From an uncultured Collinsella sp. (GTDB lineage Bacteria; Actinomycetota; Coriobacteriia; Coriobacteriales; Coriobacteriaceae), in NCBI GenBank assembly GCA_900547125.1, contig URFU01000001.1, forward strand, positions 7,731-71,730: a stretch of DNA of 64,000 nucleotides. The letters run 5' to 3'. Shown in pieces: positions 46,498-55,169 of the stretch. The translations under genes and the position numbers were made by a program. Positions within the stretch are counted from its first letter, which is position 1. Every line of letters starts with the position of its first letter. The notes under the pieces were generated by a model. The model was not told the origin of the DNA. It ran no database searches and saw only the letters and a program-made list of their open reading frames with translations.

Positions 46498-46737
46498 ATG
46501 ATTATTCTGCGGCTTGACCGCATGCTCGCCGAACGCAAGATCTCATCCAAAGAGCTTGCAGAACGCGTGGGCATCTCCCAGGTCAATATGTCACGCATTA
46601 AGACGGGCAAGGTTTCTGCCATACGTTTTTCAACTCTTGACGCGATATGCCGGGCACTCGACTGCCAACCGGGCGATGTGCTGGAATATATGCCTGACGA
46701 TGAAGCCGATAATCTTTTTGGACTTAAAGATTCATAG
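46498..46737 (+). CDS. XRE-family (YozG-like) HTH transcriptional regulator.
   Basis: 79 aa, MIILRLDRMLAERKISSKELAERVGISQVNMSRIKTGKVSAIRFSTLDAICRALDCQPGDVLEY. Confidence 0.8.
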   Translation: MIILRLDRMLAERKISSKELAERVGISQVNMSRIKTGKVSAIRFSTLDAICRALDCQPGDVLEYMPDDEADNLFGLKDS

Positions 46738-46845
46738 GCATAATTTAGCCACCAGCGCCTAAACGCAAATAGCCCGCTAGAACAACATCCGTTCTAGCGG
46801 GCTATTCAGATATTTCAGCTACGCGCTCGGCGGCTCGGGCAGCCC

Positions 46846-47931
46846 TTACGCAAACAGACCGTAAATGCTGATGTTGGCCTTGGCGTAGAGGCCGTTGGCG
46901 TACTCGGTCCACTTGGAGCTGGCGCTCGAAGCCTGCGAGGAATACTGCTGATAAGCAGTGTAGTAGGCGGTCATGGCCTGCTTATAGGTAGCGCTATCGG
47001 CCGTAAAGGCATCGTCGGCAAAGGCCTTGGCGTAGGTGCTGTCGGCGTCCTTCCAGGTGCCCTTCTCGCTATCCCACTCGTCACCGGCAAGGTTGATGAT
47101 GTAATCGGCGTAGTCCTTGCTCGCGGTCTCCTCGTTGCCGTCAGCAGGCTCGGTCGGGGCGGTCGGCATGCTTGCGGAGCTGTCTCCGACCTTCTTCTTG
47201 TAGAGCTTCTGCAGCGTCGCGGACTGACGGACGATCTGCTTGGCCTGGTCCTTGGACACGCCGTACTGCGTGGCCATGGTCTTGTAGTCGGAGGTGCCGA
47301 TGGAATCCTCGGCGTACTTCTTCATCTCCTTGGAAGAGACGGTGATGCCCTCGTCCTCGGCAGCATCGAGCAGAATCTTGTTGCGCACGTAGGACAGGAT
47401 GACGTCGGCAGAAGGAGCGGTGTAGTTGCCATCGCTATCCTTGACGGTATCAAGGCTGTACTGGCTCTCGATGGCCTCGCGCGCGGTGATGTCGCTCTTC
47501 TTGCCGTTGTAGCTGTAGCTTGCCACGGTCGAATCGAGCTGGTCCTCGGTGAGGGTCGCCGAGCCGACGCCCTTGCCGCCAAAGCCGCCATTGCCGATAA
47601 AGAAGCCGACCACGGCAGCGATCACGACTGCAACCACAAAGGCGGCAATCATCGTCTTCTTGTGCTTGGATGCGCGGTCGTCCACGTCGGAGTCGTCGTC
47701 CTCGTCTTGCTCCTCGGGCATCAGATTCTCGTCAGCGGCATCCGCGGCAATCTGAGCCTCCAGGCGGGCGTCCTCCTCCTCGGCGGTCGTGCCGGCAGCA
47801 ATGTGCTCGGCAGACGTGCCGGCGACCAGGTCGATCTTCTCGTCCTCGTCACCGTCGGGGCCTTCGCCGCGCTCGATGATCTGGATGCCGTCGATCTCGT
47901 CCTTCTCGTCCTTCTTTTGAATCAGACCCAT
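46846..47931 (-). CDS. Hypothetical membrane-anchored protein with an acidic N-terminal region.
   Basis: Asp/Glu-rich N-terminus, one TM helix (MIAAFVVAVVIAAVVGFFIG), then a ~250-aa extracytoplasmic domain. No confident family. Confidence 0.5.
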   Translation of the reverse strand: MGLIQKKDEKDEIDGIQIIERGEGPDGDEDEKIDLVAGTSAEHIAAGTTAEEEDARLEAQIAADAADENLMPEEQDEDDDSDVDDRASKHKKTMIAAFVVAVVIAAVVGFFIGNGGFGGKGVGSATLTEDQLDSTVASYSYNGKKSDITAREAIESQYSLDTVKDSDGNYTAPSADVILSYVRNKILLDAAEDEGITVSSKEMKKYAEDSIGTSDYKTMATQYGVSKDQAKQIVRQSATLQKLYKKKVGDSSASMPTAPTEPADGNEETASKDYADYIINLAGDEWDSEKGTWKDADSTYAKAFADDAFTADSATYKQAMTAYYTAYQQYSSQASSASSKWTEYANGLYAKANISIYGLFA

Positions 47932-48057
47932 ATCAGTTACTCCTTGTTAGGAAACATAGTCCGCAATAGAATACGCCCGACAGAGCGCCGGGCGTATTGA
48001 TTCTTAGGTTATACGCAAACACTTAAGTACTATTTAGGCATTTGCAGCGTGCATTCC

Positions 48058-49143
48058 TTAGGCCAGGTGCGCGATAACGGCATCGGCAAAGGCCTGAGTG
48101 CCCACAGCGCCCTCGACGGAGCCGGTCTGGGCACGACGCACGTCACCGGTAACCTGCTCGCCCTCGTCGAGCGTGGCAGATACCGCAGCGCGGATACGAT
48201 TGGCCGCATCGTTCTCGCCCAGGTGATCGAGCATCATCGCAGCAGAGAGGATCTCGGCCGTGGGGTTGGCGATATCCTGGCCGGCGATATCGGGCGCGGA
48301 GCCGTGCGTTGCCTCGAAGATTGCGCAGTCGGCACCGATGTTGGAGCCGGGGGCCATCCCTAAGCCGCCCACCAGGCCGGCGCACAAGTCACTCACGATG
48401 TCGCCGTACAGGTTGGGCAGCACCAGGACATCGAAGTCGTTGGGGTTCTGGACCAGGCCCATGCAGGTGGCGTCGACGATCTTGTCGTTGAACTCGATAT
48501 CAGGATAGTTGGCGGCCACCTCGCGCGCCACGCGCAGGAACAGGCCGTCGGTCGCCTTCATGATGTTGGCCTTGTGCACGGCCGTCACCTTTTTGCGGCC
48601 GCAGCGGCGGGCATACTCAAAGGCATACTCCACAATGCGGCGGCTCTTGGCGATAGAGATCGGCTTGATCGAGATCGCGGAATCGACGGCGAAGGTCTTT
48701 TGGCCCGAGCGCTCGACAAGCTGCGAGAGCTCCTCGACCTCGACAGCACCCTCATCGAACTCGATGCCGGCGTAGAGGTCTTCAGTGTTCTCGCGCACGA
48801 TGACCAGGTCGACGTCACGGAAGCGCGAGCCGTCGCCCGGCTGCGACAGGCAGGGGCGCACGCAGGCGTACAGGTCGAAGTGCTTGCGCAGGGCCACGTT
48901 GACGCTGCGGAAACCCGTGCCGACCGGCGTGGTGATGGGACCCTTGATGGCGACCTTGGTCTCGGCGACCGCATCGAGCACGTGCTGGGGCAGCGGCGTG
49001 CCAAACTCGTCCATGACGCCGGCACCGGCCTCCTGGACATTCCAATTGATCTGGACACCGGTGGCCTCGACCACGCGGCGCATGGCCTGCGTAATCTCGG
49101 GACCAATACCGTCACCGGGAATCAGGACTACATCGTGCGCCAT
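48058..49143 (-). CDS. Isocitrate/isopropylmalate dehydrogenase-family enzyme (NAD-dependent isocitrate dehydrogenase-like).
   Basis: [18 protein letters not shown]…, [10 protein letters not shown], ~360 aa. Confidence 0.8.
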   Translation of the reverse strand: MAHDVVLIPGDGIGPEITQAMRRVVEATGVQINWNVQEAGAGVMDEFGTPLPQHVLDAVAETKVAIKGPITTPVGTGFRSVNVALRKHFDLYACVRPCLSQPGDGSRFRDVDLVIVRENTEDLYAGIEFDEGAVEVEELSQLVERSGQKTFAVDSAISIKPISIAKSRRIVEYAFEYARRCGRKKVTAVHKANIMKATDGLFLRVAREVAANYPDIEFNDKIVDATCMGLVQNPNDFDVLVLPNLYGDIVSDLCAGLVGGLGMAPGSNIGADCAIFEATHGSAPDIAGQDIANPTAEILSAAMMLDHLGENDAANRIRAAVSATLDEGEQVTGDVRRAQTGSVEGAVGTQAFADAVIAHLA

Positions 49144-49149
49144 AATCTG

Positions 49150-49848
49150 TTACTCCTCGTTTTCGGCGTCGTCAGATTTTTTAACGCTAGCACGCTTCTT
49201 CTTTTTGGAGAGATCCAGGCCAAAACGTTTAACAAGCATTTCGCAAATCTCGCTCGAACGGGCCTTGAGATAGCTGCCCTTGCCGTTCTCGGCGTCGAAC
49301 TTAAGGCGCAGCGCGAGCTTCTCGGCGACCTCGGCGTCAATCTCGCCCTGGCCAAACTCGTACAGGCAACCGAGCATGTCACGATACTCGAGGTCGCCGT
49401 GGTAGCACTGGATGGCCTCGTCCAGGATGGGCCAAGCCTCGCGCGAACGCTCGACGCCCGTGGCGCCCCACACGCACAGCAGGCGGAAGGCGGCATAGCG
49501 CAGCGTGGAGGAAATCTCGTCGAACAGCGCGGTCTCGGCGCCCTCAAAGGCATCGCCCAGCTGCTCGGGGCAGGTGGTGGCGAGCGCCGTCAGGGCATCG
49601 AGGGCCTCCCAGCGGGTCTGCGCCTCGGGGCGGTCGAGCGCCTCGATCAGCGCGGGCACGCAGGGCACGACGCGCTGCGGATCGCGCTCGGCGAGCAGGT
49701 GCAGCACGCGGGCGGCAAACTGGCGGATGCGGCGCGTGGGGCAGCCGAGCTCCTGGACCAGACGGTCGACGGCGTTCTCGTTCTCCTCTGCCAGCTGAAG
49801 CTGTGCCAGCTCCTCGTCGGTGAGCTGTTCGTCTTTGTTTTCTGCCAT
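49150..49848 (-). CDS. Hypothetical protein, possibly HEAT-repeat-like.
   Basis: All-helical, acidic. No confident family. Confidence 0.45.
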   Translation of the reverse strand: MAENKDEQLTDEELAQLQLAEENENAVDRLVQELGCPTRRIRQFAARVLHLLAERDPQRVVPCVPALIEALDRPEAQTRWEALDALTALATTCPEQLGDAFEGAETALFDEISSTLRYAAFRLLCVWGATGVERSREAWPILDEAIQCYHGDLEYRDMLGCLYEFGQGEIDAEVAEKLALRLKFDAENGKGSYLKARSSEICEMLVKRFGLDLSKKKKRASVKKSDDAENEE

Positions 49849-49863
49849 AATTACCTCTTCTTA

Positions 49864-50292
49864 CTATTTCTTAGCGTGCTTGCCAGCACCCTTGCTGTCA
49901 TCGGTGACCGAGATGAGCTGTCGGTCGGCAGCGCCATTACGACGCGCACGGCGGCGTTCCTCGGCATCGCCCGCGTCGGCGGCTGCGCGGTGTGCCTTGT
50001 TGACGTTAAAGACCTCGTCGTGCTTGCGCCACGGACCGACGGACTCGCCAAAGCTCATCTTAAGGCCGGCGATAAAGCCGCCGAGCCAGCCGATCGGCGC
50101 AAACTGCACCAGCGGGAACAGCGAGAACACCCAGGTCAGCAGGACGACTGCCGCAGCTCCCGCAAAGTTGGCAATCCAGTAGTCGCGCTTGGTGATGACG
50201 CGCTTTTCGCACGCCCACTGGCCGCACAAAAAGCCGATGTAGATCGCGAAGAGAAAGAGCGCCAGCGCAAGCACCACGAACGTCCAGCTCAT
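49864..50292 (-). CDS. Small hypothetical membrane protein.
   Basis: Three hydrophobic helices. Start placed at MSWTF (cat 50290-50292), just after the upstream stop. Confidence 0.45.
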   Translation of the reverse strand: MSWTFVVLALALFLFAIYIGFLCGQWACEKRVITKRDYWIANFAGAAAVVLLTWVFSLFPLVQFAPIGWLGGFIAGLKMSFGESVGPWRKHDEVFNVNKAHRAAADAGDAEERRRARRNGAADRQLISVTDDSKGAGKHAKK

Positions 50293-50297
50293 GGGCG

Positions 50298-51377
50298 CTA
50301 CTCCCCGTGATGGTGGCCGCAGCAGCACTCGTGGCCGTCGTCATGACCGTGACCGCCGCAGCACTCGTGGTCCTCGCCATGGTGGTGTCCACAACCGCAC
50401 TCGTGGTCGTCGCCATGCTCGCCGCAACCGCAGCCTTCCTCGTGAGCACCGTGCTCCTCGGGACGATACTGCGACCAGTCCAGACCGGCGGCGATGGCAT
50501 CGGCCTCCTCCTTATAGAGGACCGTGACGGCCTGGGTGCCCAGCTTGGCGCCACCGATGGCATCGAGCATGTCGTAAAGCGTAAAGGCCACGTCGGCGCC
50601 GGGCAGCGCAAGCTCGCGGTCGTCGGCATAGGCGAGCGCCAAGCGCAGGTCCTTAATGAAGTGCTCGACCATAAAGCCGGGCTTGTAGTCGCCGTCGAGC
50701 GCCTTGGGCGCCAGGCTCTCCATGGCACCGGACTTGCCGGTACCGCCCAGAATCATCTGACGGGTCTTCTCAAGATCAAGGCCGCTCAGCTCGGCAAATG
50801 CCATGGCGTCTGCCATGCCGACCATGCAGGCGCCCAGCGACACCTGGTTGGCGAGCTTGGCAGCCTGGCCCTTGCCGGCGCCGTCGAAGCAGCAGATGGT
50901 TGCCGCAAAGGTGGAAAGGATGTCGCGGACCGGCGCGATGTCGTTCTCGGTGGCGCCCACGATAGCCGTGAGCGTGCCGGCGATGGCACCCGACTCGCCG
51001 CCGGTGACGGGACAGTCAAACGCCATGCGGCCGGAAACCTGGGCGGCCTCGGCAATGTCGCGCGCCAGCTCAGGCGAGCTCGTGGTGAGGTCGATCAAGA
51101 CCGCGCCGGGCTTAGTGCACGCGAGCAGGCCGTCGCCTGCCAGGTAGAGCTCCTCGACCTCGGAGGGATAACCCACCATGGTAAAGACGACGTCGGCGTT
51201 CGCCGCGGCATCTGCCGGCGTATCGGCCCAGACGGCACCGCGCTCGATAAGCGCGGCAGCCTTGGACTTGGTGCGGTTGTTGACCGTGACGGGATAGCCA
51301 GCGTCCAGAATGTGGCCGGCAATGGGGGCACCCATAATTCCGGTGCCGATAAATGCGACAGAGAGCTTGTTTGCCAT
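50298..51377 (-). CDS. NAD(P)-binding beta-hydroxyacid dehydrogenase (3-hydroxyisobutyrate dehydrogenase family) with a His/Cys-rich C-terminal tail.
   Basis: Rossmann AFIGTGIMGAPIA. Start at cat 51375-51377 with an AAAGGAAAGG RBS. The C-terminal ~50 aa read HEEGCGCGEHGDDHECGCGHHHGEDHECCGGHGHDDGHECCCGHHHGE. Confidence 0.8.
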   Translation of the reverse strand: MANKLSVAFIGTGIMGAPIAGHILDAGYPVTVNNRTKSKAAALIERGAVWADTPADAAANADVVFTMVGYPSEVEELYLAGDGLLACTKPGAVLIDLTTSSPELARDIAEAAQVSGRMAFDCPVTGGESGAIAGTLTAIVGATENDIAPVRDILSTFAATICCFDGAGKGQAAKLANQVSLGACMVGMADAMAFAELSGLDLEKTRQMILGGTGKSGAMESLAPKALDGDYKPGFMVEHFIKDLRLALAYADDRELALPGADVAFTLYDMLDAIGGAKLGTQAVTVLYKEEADAIAAGLDWSQYRPEEHGAHEEGCGCGEHGDDHECGCGHHHGEDHECCGGHGHDDGHECCCGHHHGE

Positions 51378-51475
51378 GAAACCTTTCCTTTTGGGTTGGG
51401 TGTTATTACCAGGTTGAATACTCGGTGCCAGCGTTTGGGCTGTGAGTCGAGGGCGATTACGGACGCATCGCTTGC

Positions 51476-52432
51476 CTACTGCCCGCGCACGCGGCGAGCG
51501 ATGCGGTCGGAAAGCGAGGCTTTCTCGGCGCGGTTCTTGCCCCAAAACGCGCAGGCCACCATGCCGGGGCCCACGTGCGAGCCGATGGTGGGGCCCACGG
51601 AGCCGCGAATGATCGTGACGTCGGCGCAGCCCTCCTCCTTGCGGATGGCGGCTTCGAGCCAGTCGCCGTCCTTTTCGGCATCGGCCGTCATGATGGCGAT
51701 GGGCATGGTGCGGTCGGGCACGTAGTTCTCGCGGAACGACTTGAGGATGGACTTGAGCGCCTTCTTGCGGCCGCGGTTGACGCCGATCAGCGACAGCGAG
51801 CCGGCCAGGTCGTAGGAGAGCTCGGGCTTGACATCGAGCTTTGCCGTGAGCTGCGCCGCCGCGGGCGGAATGCGGCCGCCAGCAGCCAGTGCGTCGAAGC
51901 TCTCGAGCGTAAAGTAGCCGTGGACGTAGGTCTTTGCCTCGTTTGCCCAATCGACCAGCTGCTTGGCGGTCAGTCCCGCCGAACGCTGGCGCACGGCCTC
52001 GAGCGCCAAGAGCGCGCCAGTCGCGCAGGGCAGAGCGTTGTCGACCACGTACAGCTCAAAGTTGGGATACTCGGCGCGCACGGCATCTGCCGCCTGGCAC
52101 GCGGAGTTGTAGCTCGACGACAGCGCCGAGGTAAAGCACAGGTAGACCGTGGGCGTGCCCTCTTTGGCGCACTCGGTAAAGAACTCGATATAGCGACCGA
52201 GCGACACAGCCGAGGTGGACACGCGGGCGCCGGCGCGCATGCGGTCGTAGAACTCCTTAGGGCTCATGCTCGACCAGATATCGTCCGTGCGCTCCTCGCC
52301 ATCGATAATGAAGGGGAAACCCAGGATATCGACATCGAGGTTCGCGGCGACCTCGGGGCTAAAGTCGCAGCAGGTATCGACGACGTTGCTGCATCTGTTC
52401 GAATGACCGGTAGATGCGGCCTTGTCCATCAA
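51476..52432 (-). CDS. DegV-family fatty-acid-binding protein.
   Basis: Typical DegV N-terminal domain; ~318 aa. Confidence 0.75.
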   Translation of the reverse strand: MMDKAASTGHSNRCSNVVDTCCDFSPEVAANLDVDILGFPFIIDGEERTDDIWSSMSPKEFYDRMRAGARVSTSAVSLGRYIEFFTECAKEGTPTVYLCFTSALSSSYNSACQAADAVRAEYPNFELYVVDNALPCATGALLALEAVRQRSAGLTAKQLVDWANEAKTYVHGYFTLESFDALAAGGRIPPAAAQLTAKLDVKPELSYDLAGSLSLIGVNRGRKKALKSILKSFRENYVPDRTMPIAIMTADAEKDGDWLEAAIRKEEGCADVTIIRGSVGPTIGSHVGPGMVACAFWGKNRAEKASLSDRIARRVRGQ

Positions 52433-52508
52433 AGCGACTCCTTACGTAAAAAGGCGGCCACCCGCATGGGATGGCCGCCAACCGTTAACTCATGCAAGTT
52501 AACGTATT

Positions 52509-53093
52509 TTACTCGTCAAGTGTTTCGATGCGGGGCTTGATGATGCCATATCCACCATTCTTACGGTGATACACCACATTGATGAGGCCAGTCGTCGCGT
52601 TCTCGAACACGTAGAAGTCGTGGCCGAGCAGATCGGTCTGCACCAGCGCCTGCTCCTCAGTCATCGGGGTGACGTCGATAACCTTCTCGCGGACAAGCAG
52701 GTCGTCCTCTTCCTCGGGCAGCAGCAGGTCGGCCAGATCCTCGACGCGCTCGACCGGTGCGACATCCGCCGCGCTGGCACCGCCCTGGCGGTTGTCCACG
52801 ACCTTGGTCTTGAACTTACGCAGCTGGCGGGTGACCTTATCGGCGGAGAGGTCGATGGCAGCGTACATATCTGCACCGTGCTCGGCAACGCGAATCACCG
52901 AACCGCGGGCACGACCCGTAACCTCGACGATTGCCGGGTTGGGGTTCGAGGGGTTCTTCTCATAGCGAAGTACAACGTCGACCGTCATGGGCTCGATATC
53001 GAAAACCTTGAGCGCCTCGCCGATCTTCTCATCCACATGCGCACGCAGAGCATCGGTTACCGTCGTCTTGCGTCCAGAAACCTTGATATCCAT
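52509..53093 (-). CDS. hpf: Ribosome hibernation-promoting factor, long form.
   Basis: MDIKVSGRKTTVTDALRAHVDEKIG… plus the C-terminal dimerisation domain. Start at cat 53091-53093. Confidence 0.85.
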   Translation of the reverse strand: MDIKVSGRKTTVTDALRAHVDEKIGEALKVFDIEPMTVDVVLRYEKNPSNPNPAIVEVTGRARGSVIRVAEHGADMYAAIDLSADKVTRQLRKFKTKVVDNRQGGASAADVAPVERVEDLADLLLPEEEDDLLVREKVIDVTPMTEEQALVQTDLLGHDFYVFENATTGLINVVYHRKNGGYGIIKPRIETLDE

Positions 53094-53315
53094 ACGTGGC
53101 TCCAATCTGCCTCGGGGACTTACTGTACTGGCTATGTACCCATTGCCGTGCATTTAATCACGCGGATTCCTAAAGACCCGAATAACGATTGCTTGATACC
53201 GCATACCGAAGTCTCGCACTTTTCCATGGCAAAGTGCGCTATAGGAGGGAGCCCACAGATTTGTATTTGGTCTCGAAAATTGGCTTTGACCTGCTGGTTT
53301 TATAGGGATGAAAAA

Positions 53316-53352
53316 GCCGGGCTCCCCTATTGGGGAAACCCGGCAGTGCGTG
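53316..53352 (-). terminator. Terminator after the SBP lipoprotein gene.
   Basis: Minus strand reads gccgggtttccccaataggggagcccggc followed by tttttcat. Confidence 0.6.
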
Positions 53353-53410
53353 TTGAAACCGTGAAGAGGTGTCCTTTTCAACGTATAGGAGACACCACCC
53401 CTAGCAATAA

Positions 53411-54418
53411 CTAGCTATTGAGTTTGTTAATGTCGTCGTCGGTGATGGCGCCTTCCTGGCTGGACGATTTGTCCTCGGAGGATGCGGTCTCATTGCCGGA
53501 ATCGGAGGACTCGCTGCCGGAGGACGTGGTCTCACTGGACTCAGAGTCGCCCGGCTGCACGATAGCGCCCGAAACCGTCTTAGTGGTGAGGTCGTAGGGC
53601 ATCGTGCCATACCAGACAGAGTGGACCGCCTCGAGCGTACCGTCGACCGTGATGTCGTCGAGGGCATCGCTCACAGCACGACACAGTTCGTCATTGGACG
53701 AGAGGCCCGCAACACCAAGCGTCGAGGGCGCCTCGAGCGAACCGACATAGGAGACCTCGCTCATCAGGCGTGCAAGGTAGCCGCCGGCCGTGGAGTCGCA
53801 GATCACATAGTCGACCTCGCCGGACTCAAGCGCCTCAAAGCACTCGTTGATGTTGGAGTAGGTCTTTTGATTGGCGGTGATGCTCTGCTTAGCAAGCGCC
53901 TCCTGCGAGGCCGAGGACATTTGGACACCCAGAGTAGACGCGTTAAGGGTATCGGTGGAAACGCTTAGCGACCCACCATCGCTAGTTTTACCGAACACGG
54001 AAGTGGCATCGTACAGGCAGGTGCCGAGCGAGCTAATGTCCCCGTCCGTGGAGTTAATCTCGCCGATAAAGATATCGGCCTTTTTGTCGCCGAGCGCGGA
54101 ATCTGCCGAAGACGCATCGACAAAGGCGACCTTAAGGCCCATGCGGCTTGCGAGGGCGCGGGCGGCGTCAACCGCATACCCCGTGAGCTCGCCGTCGGCG
54201 TCCTGCATGGCCTGCGGCGCATCGGAAGTATCGAGGGCGACCGTCAGGGTTCCGGAAGTGACCAGGGCATCGTCCGACACCGCCGGCGTGACGGTCTCGT
54301 ACTCGATCTGGTCGATCGTGGGAGTCGTGAACGTAGACAGCGGGTTGAACGCGCATCCGCTCAGGCCCAAAACGGCGATGACCGCTGCGGTCCCAGCACC
54401 TAACCGAGCCGCGTGCAT
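53411..54418 (-). CDS. Lipoprotein, amino-acid ABC transporter substrate-binding-protein family, with a Ser-rich C-terminal tail.
   Basis: Signal peptide plus lipobox MHAARLGAGTAAVIAVLGLSGC. SBP_bac_3-like core. Alternative start 54439. Confidence 0.7.
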   Translation of the reverse strand: MHAARLGAGTAAVIAVLGLSGCAFNPLSTFTTPTIDQIEYETVTPAVSDDALVTSGTLTVALDTSDAPQAMQDADGELTGYAVDAARALASRMGLKVAFVDASSADSALGDKKADIFIGEINSTDGDISSLGTCLYDATSVFGKTSDGGSLSVSTDTLNASTLGVQMSSASQEALAKQSITANQKTYSNINECFEALESGEVDYVICDSTAGGYLARLMSEVSYVGSLEAPSTLGVAGLSSNDELCRAVSDALDDITVDGTLEAVHSVWYGTMPYDLTTKTVSGAIVQPGDSESSETTSSGSESSDSGNETASSEDKSSSQEGAITDDDINKLNS

Positions 54419-54770
54419 CAAGCTGCCCCTCACCATGTCCACTACCCTGCCTTCTGTGTCGTATACAATCCGTGCGTTGCGCGGAATATCAGGTTGTTCC
54501 CACCAGCTGACCTGGTATTTGACCCCACACTTGCGCACCGGGGTGTTTGCTCGGGAGGCCGCAGCCACCTTCACGACTGACCCGCTCGCCCGCGAGGCGG
54601 TATTGCCCCAAAGAAAGTAGAACGGACGGTGCGGCTTACATCTAGGACGCGCCATGATCGCGCCGCGCGCACGCGGTCGCTTACGTGGATCCCTTTGACC
54701 GCGTCTGTCTTGGACTAGGACGGGCATTTCGTCCGTCCGCAACCACAGCCTGGTAGGAACGAAGCGCATT
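54419..54770 (-). promoter_or_regulatory. Long (~340 nt) structured 5' leader of the SBP gene with a TATAAT -10 box and several stable hairpins.
   Basis: Minus-strand TATAAT at ~54763-54768. Hairpins ggacggacgaaatgcccgtcc and ggcgcgtcctagatg…. A T-box-like GAAGGUGGCUGCGGCC sits ~120 nt upstream of the start. Confidence 0.4.
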
Positions 54771-54917
54771 ATAGCTAAGTTCAAGCTAAAGTTTAAGGTT
54801 AGGGGCGTCATTCGCATCGCGAGTACAGATTTTGCGGGTCGGAGCGGACCATTCGTGCCCCTATGAAGCCCGGAGCTTCCCTACGGGGAGCTCCGGGGCA
54901 CCCGTCTCAGGGTGCCG

Positions 54918-55134
54918 TGTGCAAAAAACGGCAAATATGAGTACTGTTACCAATTTAGTAGCAGCGTATTACCGCCTCACGAGCCCTTTTTGAGTTCCGC
55001 ACAGCCTGCTTGGCGCCAAGATATTCCACATTCGTTTATTATCTCTTCGCTGAATCCAGATTATCGGCCCAAGTTTCTTTGTTTTTGCTGTCACTAATCT
55101 AGTAACAGTACTCATATTTGCCGTTTTTTGCACA
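54918..55134. repeat. 217-bp element with 33-bp perfect terminal inverted repeats (MITE-like).
   Basis: tgtgcaaaaaacggcaaatatgagtactgttac (54918-54950) and gtaacagtactcatatttgccgttttttgcaca (55102-55134). The interior is AT-richer, with a second imperfect inverted repeat (tagtagcagc / gctgtcactaatcta). Confidence 0.75.
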
Positions 55135-55169
55135 GAGCATATAAACAGACCCCCTATAAAGCCATAGTT

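Noticed and set aside
50298-51950. 550-aa ORF-track version of the dehydrogenase gene (and the analogous long versions of 53411..54817 and 55170..56654).
   Set aside because: The upstream portions are Arg/Pro/His-rich open-frame extensions. They would overlap the upstream DegV gene (or comF in the 55170 case) in another frame. The internal starts with strong RBSs give family-typical lengths.
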